64,000 nucleotides of DNA from Eledone cirrhosa (lineage: Eukaryota), in NCBI GenBank assembly GCA_964016885.1, contig CAXHJY010000340.1, forward strand, positions 31,122 through 95,121. Direction: 5' to 3'. The notes below the pieces were generated by a model that did not search any database, was not told where the DNA came from, and was given only the letters and a program-made list of their open reading frames with translations. The stretch's first letter is position 1. Each line of letters opens with the position of its first letter. Positions 26,484-40,032 of the stretch are shown piece by piece. A program made the translations under genes and the position numbers.

Positions 26484-26692
26484 TATAGAAATTACATGAA
26501 TCAAAGTTCTGTTTAAATCATTTATTAGCTTACAATTCTTTCTTCCAAACCGTGGTTTGGGGTCTTAGGAGCAATTTTTTCAATTTTTCAATATTAAAAA
26601 ATTGCTCCGAAGACACCTAACCACGGTTTGGAAGAAACAATTGTAAGCGAATAAATGGTTTAAACAGAACTTTGATTCATGTAATTTCTATA
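26484..26692. repeat. Palindrome with variant hammerheads
   Basis: The right arm reads GCT-CCGAAGA..GAAA-CAATTG-TA|AGC (26604-26648) and is mirrored in the left arm. Confidence 0.75.
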
Positions 26693-26883
26693 TAACGGCT
26701 CTGTAGAACAACTGATGTTATTACATTGAGCTATTTATCTTACTGGTAATAAGGTGGTAATAAATTACTATCTTTCACTATTTATGGTTTAAAATATATA
26801 TAACTATAAAAGGTTTTAGTATATACATAACCATAAATAGTATCCTTAATACTATATATATATATACATATATATATATAAAC

Positions 26884-26932
<49 letters not shown>

Positions 26933-26944
26933 AACATATATGTA

Positions 26945-26978
<34 letters not shown>

Positions 26979-27280
26979 CATATAAATATGTATATATATA
27001 TATACATGTATATATATATATAAACATATAAATATGTATATATATATGTCCATATATATATAAACATATAAATATGTATATATATATATATCCATATATA
27101 TATATATAAACATATAAATATGTATATATATATATATACACATAAATATGTATATATATATATGTATATATATATACATATATATATATATATACATATT
27201 TATATGTATATATATATGTATATATATACATATATGTTTATATATATATATATGTATATATATATATAAACATATATGTA

Positions 27281-27314
<34 letters not shown>

Positions 27315-27381
27315 AACATATATGTATATATATATATACATATATATATATACATATAAATATGTATATATATATATATAC

Positions 27382-27429
<48 letters not shown>

Positions 27430-27480
27430 GTATATATATATATGTATATATATATATGTATATATATATATATCTATATT

Positions 27481-27556
<76 letters not shown>

Positions 27557-27564
27557 AACATATA

Positions 27565-27598
<34 letters not shown>

Positions 27599-27710
27599 AA
27601 CATATATGTATATATATATATATATATATACATATATATATAAACATATATGTATATATATATATATACATATAATATAAGATCAAAAGATGGTTAAAGG
27701 AGCTCCATGT

Positions 27711-27779
27711 ATTTTATTATGCGCATTTCAAAAACAAACATCATCATGCAATAATATTTGTGTTTTCATCAGATAAAAC
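27711..27779 (-). ncRNA. Minimal hammerhead
   Basis: GTTTTAT-CTGATGA-AAAC..GTTT-GAAA-TGCGCA-TA|ATAAAAT. Confidence 0.75.
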
Positions 27780-28065
27780 AGGAGAACATGACATGAAGGC
27801 TAAAAAACACTTGTGGATAGTGCAGTTTTAAATCAAAACACTTGTGGATAGTGCAGTTTTAAATCAACATATAATATATGTATAACATATCATATATATA
27901 TAAACATATATAAACATATACATATATATATAAACATATATAAACATATATGTATAAACATATATATATATATAAACATATATGTATATATAAACATATA
28001 TGTATATATATATATACATATATATATATAAACATATATGTATATGTATACATATATATATAAAC

Positions 28066-28390
28066 ATTGTTATACTTGGGGAGGGTCATATTTGTGTAAT
28101 ATTGCCAGAATTAATAACAGAACACACTCACTGTTTGGTTGGTTTTCGCTTTTCGCTTCTGTGTCTTTTATATCGGTAATCTAATTTATTCGGTCCTCAA
28201 TGTTGCCATTGACTGACCAACGGTAAAAAAAAATACAAATACAATATAGACACAAACACATATATATAGTTTATCAAAGTTGTTTCGTTGCACATCTGCA
28301 ACCACGTCAGTGGTGCTGTTGTTTCCTCCCGTTACATTGTGCGTCTAGACCATCTTTATTTAGTCTGTTTATATATTTATTTATTTGTCC
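28066..28390 (-). mobile_element. Solo PLE pLTR (homolog of 41215-41558) with decayed HHR at 28273-28314
   Basis: Reverse-complement match. It shares the ATGACCCTCCC(C/A)AAGTATAACAAT terminus with the pLTRs at 8268 and 9622. Confidence 0.75.
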
Positions 28391-28911
28391 CAGTTATTAT
28401 TTTGTCAGAATTATTGTAAATTTATACTCTATTGCAGCTTGCTCACATCACGCCCATGTGGTCTCCTTAGTTACATTGAGAAAGTATTGTACATTCGTAC
28501 CAAGTCATACTCGATTGTATCATCTCACGACTGTGTGGCCACCTTAGTTACAGAGAGAAAGTATTATACATTCATACCAAGTCATACTCTATGTGTGCCT
28601 GCCTCATCCGGTGACTGTATGGGCACCTGAAATCCTGAGAGGGAGAGAGCATTGTACATTCATACCAAGTTATACTCGATTACGACGGACAGCTGTAGAT
28701 TTTTTCTATATTTTTCTCAATAAAGAACAACATTTATTTCATATAAATATTGATCGATTTCTGGCATAAAACATTGATATATTTATTGTTCTAACTAGTT
28801 TCTGTCGGTCGCCTGCTGCCATACCAAGGCACCCTATTAACCCTGTATGCTATTGGGTTTTCTTTGGTTTTCATGTCACAAACTTATTTTATTGATCATT
28901 ATTTATGGAAA

Positions 28912-29096
28912 GGGCGGTGGATTGGCAGTATCAGTAGAGAGTCGGACGCTATGCTTTCCAGCATAGTTACGTCCCTTTACGATCTGAGTTCAAATCCCGC
29001 CGAGGTTAACTTTGCCTTTCATCCTTATGGGGTCGATAAAATAAAGTACCATTAATGAACTGGGTAATTGCTGGCCTTGTGCCTAAAGTAGAGACA
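28912..29096 (+). mobile_element. SINE family A with 14-bp TSD
   Basis: ATTATTTATGGAAA at 28898-28911 and 29097-29110. Confidence 0.9.
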
Positions 29097-29221
29097 ATTA
29101 TTTATGGAAATACTAAATTACAGGGCATAACCAGAGAGTAAACTTAAACCCAAACTATTTACAATAGTCAGTGCCTTATGACATAACGCTCACACACACA
29201 CACACACACGTATATACATAT

Positions 29222-29667
29222 ACTAGACCTGAAAAATGCGCCAGCTCAAAAGAGCCACATAATGTTATAATAAACCTTCAAACGTGTGGGACTAGAAATG
29301 TTGCTCAAAAATATTGTAATCATTATCTATCGTACACTCTGTGGCATCCTTTTATAAAAAAGAAACTCATAACGAATTCTAGACGACGCGATAATTATTT
29401 AAGCTAATGTTCAATATCTCATATTAAATGTTTAGTAATGATTAATACGAAATGCACTTAAACCGAATTCTATATTATAAATTCACTGAAATAATTATCG
29501 TGTCGTCTTGAGTTCGTTATGAGTCTCTTTTTTATAAAAGGATGCCACAGAGTGAACGATAGATAATGATTACAATATTTTTTAGCAACAACTCTAGTCC
29601 CACACTTTTGAAGGTTTATTATAACATTATGTGGCTCTTTTGAGCTTGCACATTTTTCAGGTCTAGT
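29222..29667. repeat. Inverted repeat with ~179-bp arms and an ~88-bp spacer
   Basis: ACTAGACCTGAAAAATG...CATTTTTCAGGTCTAGT, with several mismatches. Confidence 0.85.
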
Positions 29668-29866
29668 TTAATTTATTTTAAGGCAACGCTTGTATTAACT
29701 CTAGTTAAACATGATATATATTAATAATAAATTATCGTTGTAATGTAATTAGATTATATAATTGTTATTTTATAAATGATCTTATAAATATTATTGTAAG
29801 ATGTATAAAATTATTTTCAGACTTTTAATATAAACAACTACAAAAAAACTATCATTATTAAATAAT

Positions 29867-30010
29867 GGGCGGTGGATTGGCAGTATCGGTAGAGGGTCGG
29901 ACGCTATGCTTTCCAGCATAGTTACGTCCCTTTACGATCTGAGTTCAAATCCCGCCGAGGTTGACTTTGCCTTTCATCCTTACGGTGTCGATAAAATAAA
30001 GTACCAGTAA
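29867..30010 (+). mobile_element. SINE family A, 3'-truncated
   Basis: GGGCGGTGGATTGGCAGTATCGG...GTACCAGTAA. Confidence 0.85.
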
Positions 30011-30434
30011 ATTACTCTCGTTGGTTGATTAGCCAATAAGATGATGAAATTAGCCAATAAGACGATACGTTACAAGTTATCTTTGGCAAGGATCACCACG
30101 GCCAGCGATACCCTTGAATTGTTTATTCACAAGCTACGCATGTATGTCACATGTCACACATCAGACACACAGACTTAAAACATTCTGTTGTTAGTCACTG
30201 CGTGTCTAACAGATATGCTTAAATTTGGTGGTTTACCACTGGTTAGAATTGCTCTTTCCTCGAAGTAAATCATGGTATAATATTATGAAAGAACTTGACG
30301 TTCTACATCTGATCAATATTTGATGTTGAATCTTGTTGGTGGTGAGGGATCAGAGTTGAATTATATTATAGGGTAAAACGACATGTCCGGCCTCTTTTCA
30401 TTTTACACTATAATACACACGCACATAAACAAAG

Positions 30435-30538
<104 letters not shown>

Positions 30539-31237
30539 GGGGCCTCTGTTATATATATATATGCACTTGTGCGTACATATATATATATACACACCTGTAT
30601 GGATTAATGTGTGTAGATGTGTGTGTGTCTGAGGGCGTAGGCGTGAGTTTATGTACAAGTTTAGAAATTTTAGAAATAAAAAGACTTATCAACAAAAGTC
30701 TTTTTATTTTTAAAATTTCTAAACTTTCTAAGTATTTGACTCTAACCATTATTTTCAGTATTACCACCCCACATTAATTCCTCAATTTGTATGTGTGGAT
30801 GTGTGTATGTGGAGGTGTGTGTGAGTGTATGTTCAAGTCAACCTACATAAGTCTTTGTATTTGTAAATGTTCTAGTATTCTACTCTAACCATAATTTTCA
30901 GTAGTACCACTCCACATACATTCATTTATTTAAGAATGACCTGTACTATCTATTTCATACTATTAACCTCAATTGAATATATATCTGACCAGGAATGTTT
31001 TTTGTGAAAATGAGTCATATGGAACTATTGTCACCTTGCCTGACGGTTTGAACTTTACAACACAACCTGCCTCTTTGAGGTCAAATACCAACCCTACTAC
31101 CATCTACAAACTGACCAATGAGAATTAAGACTATTCCTGCTGACAACATTAAATTATTCCTAACAAGCTCATATGTCCCAAGGCTCTGATACCATCAAGA
31201 CCATAAACACAAAGCTGGCATATCTAAGAACTGAATA

Positions 31238-31293
31238 ACTGCCTGATGAGGTCATAGCAATTCAATGGCTATCATCGAAATATATATAGCAGT
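31238..31293 (+). ncRNA. Minimal hammerhead
   Basis: ACTGC-CTGATGA-GGT..ATAGC/GCTAT..ATC-GAAA-TATATA-TA|GCAGT. Confidence 0.85.
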
Positions 31294-31638
31294 AAATAAA
31301 GGATTATCAGTTCATGCAATTGACTTATGTTTCGTCACTATATATATATATAGTAATAATAATAAATTTGAAGACTAAAATCCAAAGAGGGCTCGATAAG
31401 GATAAATATATATCAAATATATAAGAACCGTAGAGCAAATATTGACGTATTATATTCGTTTTTTCCCGTTCTTTGCCAGCGAACGTTTCCACGAAACAAA
31501 GTATCGTCTTTCTGTCTTCCTCCGGTTGCAACGTTTTTTGAAATATCCACTTCTGCGTTTACAGATTGACTTTGTTAGTTTCAGAAGATCCCGTTAAAGG
31601 TGAAAGTAGCGATTCTTTGCTTAAACTTTAATCTGTTA

Positions 31639-31691
<53 letters not shown>

Positions 31692-32559
31692 AAAATATAT
31701 ATTGAGTTGAAAAATCACAGTAATCCCTTATAATCAAATTAGATCAAAGAAAACAAAATTGCGACCCTTATAACGCAGTAAAGAGAGACACAAATATATA
31801 AATATATGCGTTCAAATCACAAGGGACAGAAACCGCTATGCTTTTGTTGAGCTTTTAATATATCGGATGGTCCTGGTTGCTATTTTTTCTAGTAAACTTA
31901 TGTTCTATTCGATCCGCCTCATACGCGATAACCATGTGATTTTGATCCAACACATGTGCGTTATTTAGTCTTCTAAGAAATGTTGTAGAGAGGAGTATAT
32001 ACTGGTTGTGTAGTATCCATTGAAAAGCATCGGACCAGTAATTCTCTTCAGTGAATTGCGAAACAGTTCTACCTGAAAGCTGTCTGGATGCATGATAGTT
32101 ATCATAGTAGGTTTGTATATCTTAATTTATCCTTTTAATTGTGTTCTATGAACCGTACTATTTTAGTCAGTATTCTTTTCACCCTGGCAGTTGTGATTTG
32201 AATTCATATATTTATATATCTGTGTTCGTCCCTTTTTACTGTGTTTATATATTTATATATATAAATAAATAAATATATATATATTGAGGTAAATAAATGT
32301 ATTCTCTTTTCTCCTAGTTTATTTTACACCTAATTCTGTTTAATTAACTGTATATCTGGGCGATTACACTGTCGAAATATTCAATAAATATTCCGTCGCA
32401 GCCGACTCGAAGGGGCTAGTTTCGGGTATTTGTTGGGGATTTCTTCATAGAAGCCTTATTCTTATAGCCGGGTCTATTCGATTTTTTATATAGTTGATTA
32501 TGCTAATTGGGAGAGGAAATGGTATATATTTTATCTGGTGATTCTATAAACATGTTTTA

Positions 32560-32596
<37 letters not shown>

Positions 32597-33218
32597 AAAA
32601 ATGGAGTGCTGCGTATAAGCACGTGGGTTACATATGAATAAAATTAGTCTGTCAACAGTGATCTTCCAACCTTCATTAGTATTTCATCGCTTTAAATATC
32701 ATATACCTCTGGTTGGTGCAAGCAATAACTAAATAAAGTTATTAGGACAAGTAAAATAGCGTGAAGCGAGAGAGACATGTAAACAAACAAAGATGGTATT
32801 GCAACGAAAAAATAGGAAGAGTCAAGTACATGATATCTCTCTCTCTATATATATATGAATAGGGAATAACCAGGATTCAAATTAGGACTATGAAATCACA
32901 TTGATCTTTGAAATGTTCTTTGTTATATGGTTGTATTATCAACTAGTCTAAACTCATATATATATATATATACATACAAGAACTACAGATTGGCTTGCCT
33001 CAGAACGAATTTTTATAGACTTTTGAATGAGGAATGTTCTAACAACTGACCAATGACAGGAGAAGAGGCCCTTTGACACTGAAATTCGTTTGTTTGAATT
33101 CATATGATTCCAGTTCCTCAGTGAAATAACAACCCAACCCGGAACTGGGCATATCAGAGTATTGACAAAATTATACACCTCAACAACATATGTACTTGTC
33201 TATACCACACTAATTCGG

Positions 33219-33273
33219 ACTGCCTGAAGAGGTCACAGCCAAAGATGGCAGTCACCGAAATATATATAGCAGT
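33219..33273 (+). ncRNA. Minimal hammerhead
   Basis: ACTGC-CTGAAGA-GGT..GCCA/TGGC..ACC-GAAA-TATATA-TA|GCAGT. Confidence 0.85.
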
Positions 33274-33575
33274 AATAAACGAAGCTAAATTTTAAACATT
33301 TGACTTATTTATTTTACTTTATTTTATATATATAATTCATAGAAATTTGGGACTTGTCTCCTTCTTCCTCACTTTCTGTTGCATCACCATTTTGTTTGTT
33401 TACCCTCGCGTCCCCTTTATTTACGTGTCCCAACGACTTTTTTTAGCCGTTGCTCGCACCAACCGGAGGTATATGGTCTTTATAGCGATAAAATGCCTAT
33501 GATGGTTGGGAGATCACTGATGAAGGGCAAACTTTTTCATATGTAACCCATTCGCAACTCCGCAGCGCCCTTATT

Positions 33576-33628
<53 letters not shown>

Positions 33629-34146
33629 AGATATACAAGTGGAAGCTTAGTAACAACGAAGCTTTGGCTGTGAGCAAGCAAAGTCGACCTACAATATGAA
33701 TGAGTTAGCAAAGCACTCAATAAGGATAGGTCTTGAGAGTAATAACATACGTTTAAATAGCTTGACAAATTGAACATTGTGGTAGGCAAAACCTAACACA
33801 CGATACCAAAGTAGCAAAAAAACTAACAGGTTAAAAAGATACACCTGGACAAATCAAACGATATACGTTTAAAGTGTTTCTATGAATCCGAAATCAAATA
33901 TCCAACTTACGTAACTGGCACTCTCGTGGTATTCCATGATCGAACAGAGGATTCATTTCATCAACAGGGATTCCGTTCTGCTAAAAATCGGAGTGGACGC
34001 TAAATGCTGCTGCAATAAGCAAGCCAATCGAACATTTAGTTGTCACGTGTTATTTCCAACAAGGGATAAGGATATATATATATAATAGTGAGAAAGAGAG
34101 GAAGAGTGAGAGAAAGAGAGGGGGAGAGATGTAACAGGTGTCCGTA

Positions 34147-34268
34147 CAGTTTTCCCCTACCAATTTCATTCCGTAAGTATGGCCCCATATTTCATCACGT
34201 GTGGCTGAAACAAGAACCCGGGTGGTGCCAAAACGAAGTCATTTAACCACTCAGCCATACTTGTGCCT
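34147..34268 (-). mobile_element. Degenerate tRNA-SINE (family C; another copy at 39196-39292 on -)
   Basis: Minus-strand head AGGCACAAGTATGGCTGAGTGGTTAA. The second copy has CCTTGGGCAAGTGTCCTCTACTAT. Confidence 0.45.
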
Positions 34269-34428
34269 ACGTAAAAAAATATTTGCTCGGAGTGTATTAA
34301 TAGCGTGAATAATGTTCCATTATATCGAGATATTAAGTTAATAGCGCGGCCATTAGTAAATCAAATTACACTGACTAATGTAACACACACACACACATAT
34401 ACAATGTATGTGTGTATATATACATATA

Positions 34429-34466
<38 letters not shown>

Positions 34467-34469
34467 TAT

Positions 34470-34924
34470 ACATATATATGTTTATAAATTCATATATATA
34501 TATATATGTTTATCAATTCATATATATATATATATATATGTTTATAAATTCATATATATATATATATATATGTTTATAAATTCATATATATATATATATA
34601 TATATATGTTTATAAATTCATATATATACATATATATATGTTTATAAATTCATATGTATATATATATGTTTATAAATTCATATATATATATATATGTTTA
34701 TAAATTCATATATATATATATATATATATGTTTATAAATTCATATATATATATATGTTTATAAATTCATATATATATATATGTTTATAAATTCATATATA
34801 TATATATGTTTATAAATTCATATATATATATATATATATGTTTATAAATTCATATATATATATATGTTTATAAATTCATATATATATATATATGTTTATA
34901 AATTCATATATATATGTTTATAAA

Positions 34925-34970
<46 letters not shown>

Positions 34971-34976
34971 TATAAA

Positions 34977-35038
<62 letters not shown>

Positions 35039-35070
35039 TATAAATTCATATATATATATATGTTTATAAA

Positions 35071-35108
<38 letters not shown>

Positions 35109-35164
35109 TATAAATTCATATATATATATGTTTATAAATTCATATATATATATATGTTTATAAA

Positions 35165-35198
<34 letters not shown>

Positions 35199-35200
35199 TA
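34470..35200. repeat. (TA)n punctuated by GTTTATAAATTC more than 20 times
   Basis: Read directly. Confidence 0.95.
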
Positions 35201-35790
35201 TATATAACTATATACGTAAGTATATACACACACACTCACTTTATATATGAATATATATTCAATTTAACTTTCAACTAATTGTTCATATCGTTTAAATTGT
35301 TGTTTATCTAGTTATATCTCATGGCACCAAATGATGTATTTCCATTATTATAACATTTTCTCGTGGGGCAGAATATTTCACACACACACATTATATATAT
35401 ATATATACACACACTTTAGATTCACACAATCCAGAATATACTGACTAATAACCATAGTAGATTTATTTTTATTATATTTATTGTCTAGTCAGGGAGAGAA
35501 GAGCCCTATTAATGACAGTTTCGAAGGATGCCAAGACTGCTGGGATTTGGAAGGAATATTATTCGTAATTTGGTGACTAAAGCCGAATGATTAGAACGGA
35601 ATATACTCTGCTGAATAAACTCAATGTTCATGTGGAGGTATTAAAGTGGTTCATGTCAGCGATTGCAATCCTTTCGGACCTCATGGACTACTAAATTCAT
35701 AATTTTAAATCCTGCGGCCCACGAATATGATATTTTAAAAAGAAAGATAAATACATGTGGAACGTCAATATGTGTGAATTACCAAGAATA

Positions 35791-36965
35791 GAAGAGGGAT
35801 AAGTTGTAGTGTGTGGGACAGAAGACTGCGATGGTATGGACATGTGATGAGTTGAGAGAGACACTGGGTATAAGAGGGATAAGTTGTAGTGTGCGGGAGA
35901 GAAGACTGCGATGGTATGGAGATGTGATGGCTTGAGAGAGAAACTGGATATAAGAAAGATAAGTTGTAGTGTGCGGGAGAGAAGACTGCGATGGTATGGA
36001 CATGTGATGAGTTGAGAGAGACGCTGGGTATAAGAGGGATAAGTTTGTGTGTGTGGGAGAGAAGACTGGGATGGTATGACATGTGATGAGTTGAGAGAGA
36101 CGCTGGGTATAAGAGGGATAAGTTTGTGTGTGTGGGAGAGAAGACTACGATGGTATGGACATGTGATGAGGTGAGAGAGAAACTGGGTAGAAGAGGGATA
36201 AGTTGGTGTGTGTGGGAGTGAAGACTGGGATGGTATGACATGTGATGAGTTGAGAGAGAAACTGGATATAAGAGGGATAAGTTGTAGTGTGTGGGAGAGA
36301 AGACTGCGATGGTATGGACATGTGATGAGTTGAGAGAGAAACTGGGTATAAGAGGGATAAGTTTGTGTGTGCGGGAGAGAAGACTACGATGGTATGGACA
36401 TGTGATGAGTTGAGACAGAAACTGGGTATAAGAGGGATAAGTTTGTGTGTGCGGGAGAGAAGACTACGATGGTATGGACATGTGATGAGGTGAGAGAGAA
36501 ACTGGGTATAAGAGGGATAAGTTTGTGTGTGCGGGAGAGAAGACTACGATGGTATGGACATGTGATGAGGTGAGAGAGAAACTGGGTAGAAGAGGGATAA
36601 GTTGGTGTGTGGGGGAGAGAAGACTGGGATGGTATGACATGTGATGAGTTGAGAGAGAAACTGGATATAAGAGGGATAAGTTGTAGTGTGTGGGAGAGAA
36701 GACTGCGATGGTATGGACATGTGATGAGTTGAGAGAGAAACTGGGTATAAGAGGGATAAGTTGGTGTGTGCGGGAGAGAAGACTACGATGGTATGGACAT
36801 GTGATGAGTTGAGAGAGAAACTGGATATAAGAGGGATAAGTTGTAGTGTGCGGGAGAGAAGACTACGATGGTATGGACATGTGATGAGTTGAGAGAGAAA
36901 CTGTGTATAAGAGGGATAAGTTGGTGTGTGCGGGAGAGAAGACTGCGATGGTATGGACATGTGAT
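35791..36965 (+). repeat. 80-bp minisatellite (~14.7 copies) derived from RTE coding sequence
   Basis: GAAGACTG recurs at 35821, 35901, 35981, 36061 and onward. The unit translates LREKLGIRGISCSVRERRLRWYGHVM. Confidence 0.9.
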
Positions 36966-37186
36966 GTACATGGGGGATGGCCGCTGGGTAAAGAAGTGCC
37001 AAAAAATTCTAGTATGAGGAAGACGCAGTAGAGGAAGACCACGTAAATCATGGGCGGGAGTGGTGAGAGCTGACCTCAGATCACTGAAGTTCATAGAGGA
37101 GATGATGAAGAACCATGAAAAATGGAGAGATGCTGTGCTGAAGAGGAGCCAACCCATCCTTGCAAGCAGGGAAAAATGGACGTAAA

Positions 37187-37220
<34 letters not shown>
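36886..37220 (+). mobile_element. RTE-clade LINE 3' end
   Basis: RRLRWYGHVM..GRRSRGRPRKSW..WRDAV followed by a (GAT)n tail. A short homolog of the tail lies at 6461-6510 on -. Confidence 0.85.
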
Positions 37221-37647
37221 CATGAACATATTTCTTCGGACAACCAACATTTTCTCTCGGACCACCAGTGATCCACTTACCACCGGTTGGCGGACGCTGA
37301 TCCATGGATTTAGCCTAATATTGCAGTAGATTGCAACGAAATTTAAACTCAATGCAATGTCCCGGAATAAATATAGCAAAGCATCTACAAAATTTCATCA
37401 GACGCTCTAAGAATCCCACTAATCCAATTTGATTGACATATAACTTACCTACTCGACATTATGATAGGCAAAGCTAACCATCGTTGGATTTCAACTTACA
37501 CCGCCGTATGCAGCTTAATTAGAGACATGACATGTTGAGATAATACTTCTCTAGTTGCACAGTTTCTAACGACGAATCAATTATCAAAGATTCTTTATTT
37601 TGTTAGAAACAAAAGATAGCGATTTTAGATGTCTTGTATCACTCATT

Positions 37648-38294
<647 letters not shown>

Positions 38295-38467
38295 GTATCC
38301 GCTCTGCTTATATTCTCGGCCACTAGATATTAACACTTCCAATATTTAACAATGCAGGCATATGTATTGAGCACATTTGCATATGCTATAGGCAAATAAC
38401 TATATGTATCGCTCATCTCTTCTTCTCTCGATACATAAACACGCGCTCTCTCTCTCTCGCTCATATA

Positions 38468-38518
<51 letters not shown>

Positions 38519-38520
<2 letters not shown>

Positions 38521-38911
38521 AAGGCGGGTAAAATTCCCGAGATCGATGGACGAGTTCTCTCCAGCGGTCTCTGTCCCTCATTATCGCTGCCATGTCCTGC
38601 GTCTCCAACAGACCAGTGTCTGACCTTAGGGCATCAACATACGTTAACCTTGGTCTTCCTCTTCTAGTGTATCCATGTAGTAGTGGAGTCTGTGCTGCTG
38701 TATGGGTCTGAGACTTGGACACTGACCAAGAAACTCACTCAGATGGTGGATGGGTGCTACACGAGAATGCTGAGGATGGCTCTGAACATTAATCCGTATA
38801 CACTGAGGATGAAAAACTCAGAGGTGTATGGGAGCATCCCAAAAGTCAGCTCAAAAGTGACACAGAGGAGACTAAGGTTAGCTGGACATGCTCACCGACA
38901 TCCAGAGTTGA
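38519..38911. mobile_element. RTE-like LINE fragment with 5' inversion
   Basis: The minus strand gives HGYTRRGRPRLTYVD..DRDRWR. The plus strand gives VESVLLYGSETWTL..RLRLAGHAHRHPEL. (TA)n flanks both sides. Confidence 0.85.
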
Positions 38912-39615
38912 CATATATATATATATATATATACGTGTGTTGTGTTGAAGCAAATAACTATGTGTATACTCTGGTAATGTATCTTACATTGCCCATTGAG
39001 TGCGCTGAGATACAACGGGTACTAGCATTGATAAATATGCTGGGTCCGTCAACCCTTATTATATATATGTATATATATATATATATATATATTATAAATA
39101 TGCACAAACGCTCATATATATATATATATATGTGTGTGTGTGACGGAATTCTGCATGGTTTCCCTTTACCAAATATTTACTGACAAATCATTGGCAATAG
39201 TAGAGGACACTTGCCCAAGGAGCCACTGAGAGGGACGAATCCCTCAACCATTTGCTTCCAAATTGAGTGTTTTAACCATAGAGCCATGGCTGTCACTAGT
39301 TTGTCTAGGATTCTATTGAGTCTACACCTGGCTCTGTATATTCGACATTCTAGAAGATTAAACATGTTTGATTCTCTGAAGTGTGGCTTCAGTTTCTTTA
39401 TTATTTCACATTCTGCTTCCGTTAAGAGAATCTCTTAGATATCCAACGGCCGGAAATGCAGCTTCCCTGCTTTTACCAAACAATCTAGCGTTTCTCTTAC
39501 GTCGTTCTGATCATGTGACACTAAGTTGTGTGACCGGAATTACTGTTTCTAAGTAACCGAAGAGTTAACACATGTGTATGCTAAGATATTCACCACTCTC
39601 TCTCTCTCTTTTCTG

Positions 39616-39668
<53 letters not shown>

Positions 39669-39823
39669 ATGTGTGTGTGTGTGTGTGTGTGTGCATTATA
39701 TACATATATCCGGATACACACACACACACAAACACATCTATATATAAATATATATATATATACAAACACACATATATATATATATATATCTGGGTATATA
39801 TATATATAGGTTTACATATATAT

Positions 39824-39868
<45 letters not shown>

Positions 39869-40032
39869 CAATAATAATAAATTCGAAGACTAAAATCCAA
39901 AGAGGGCTCGATAAGGATAAATATATATCAAATATATAAACCCATAGAACAAATATTTATTAAAATAACAGATTAAAGTTTAAGCAAAGAATCGCTGGTT
40001 TCACCCTTAACGGGATCTTCTGAAACTAGTTA

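Noticed and set aside
31570-31625. Hammerhead in the family at 2150/31575/39990 (CAGA(A/T)GA-tCCC..GGt-GAAA)
   Set aside because: The core has A at U4 in all copies, and no consistent stem I or III could be drawn.
35791-36965. CRISPR-like periodic array
   Set aside because: There are no unique spacers and no cas genes, and the unit is RTE coding sequence.
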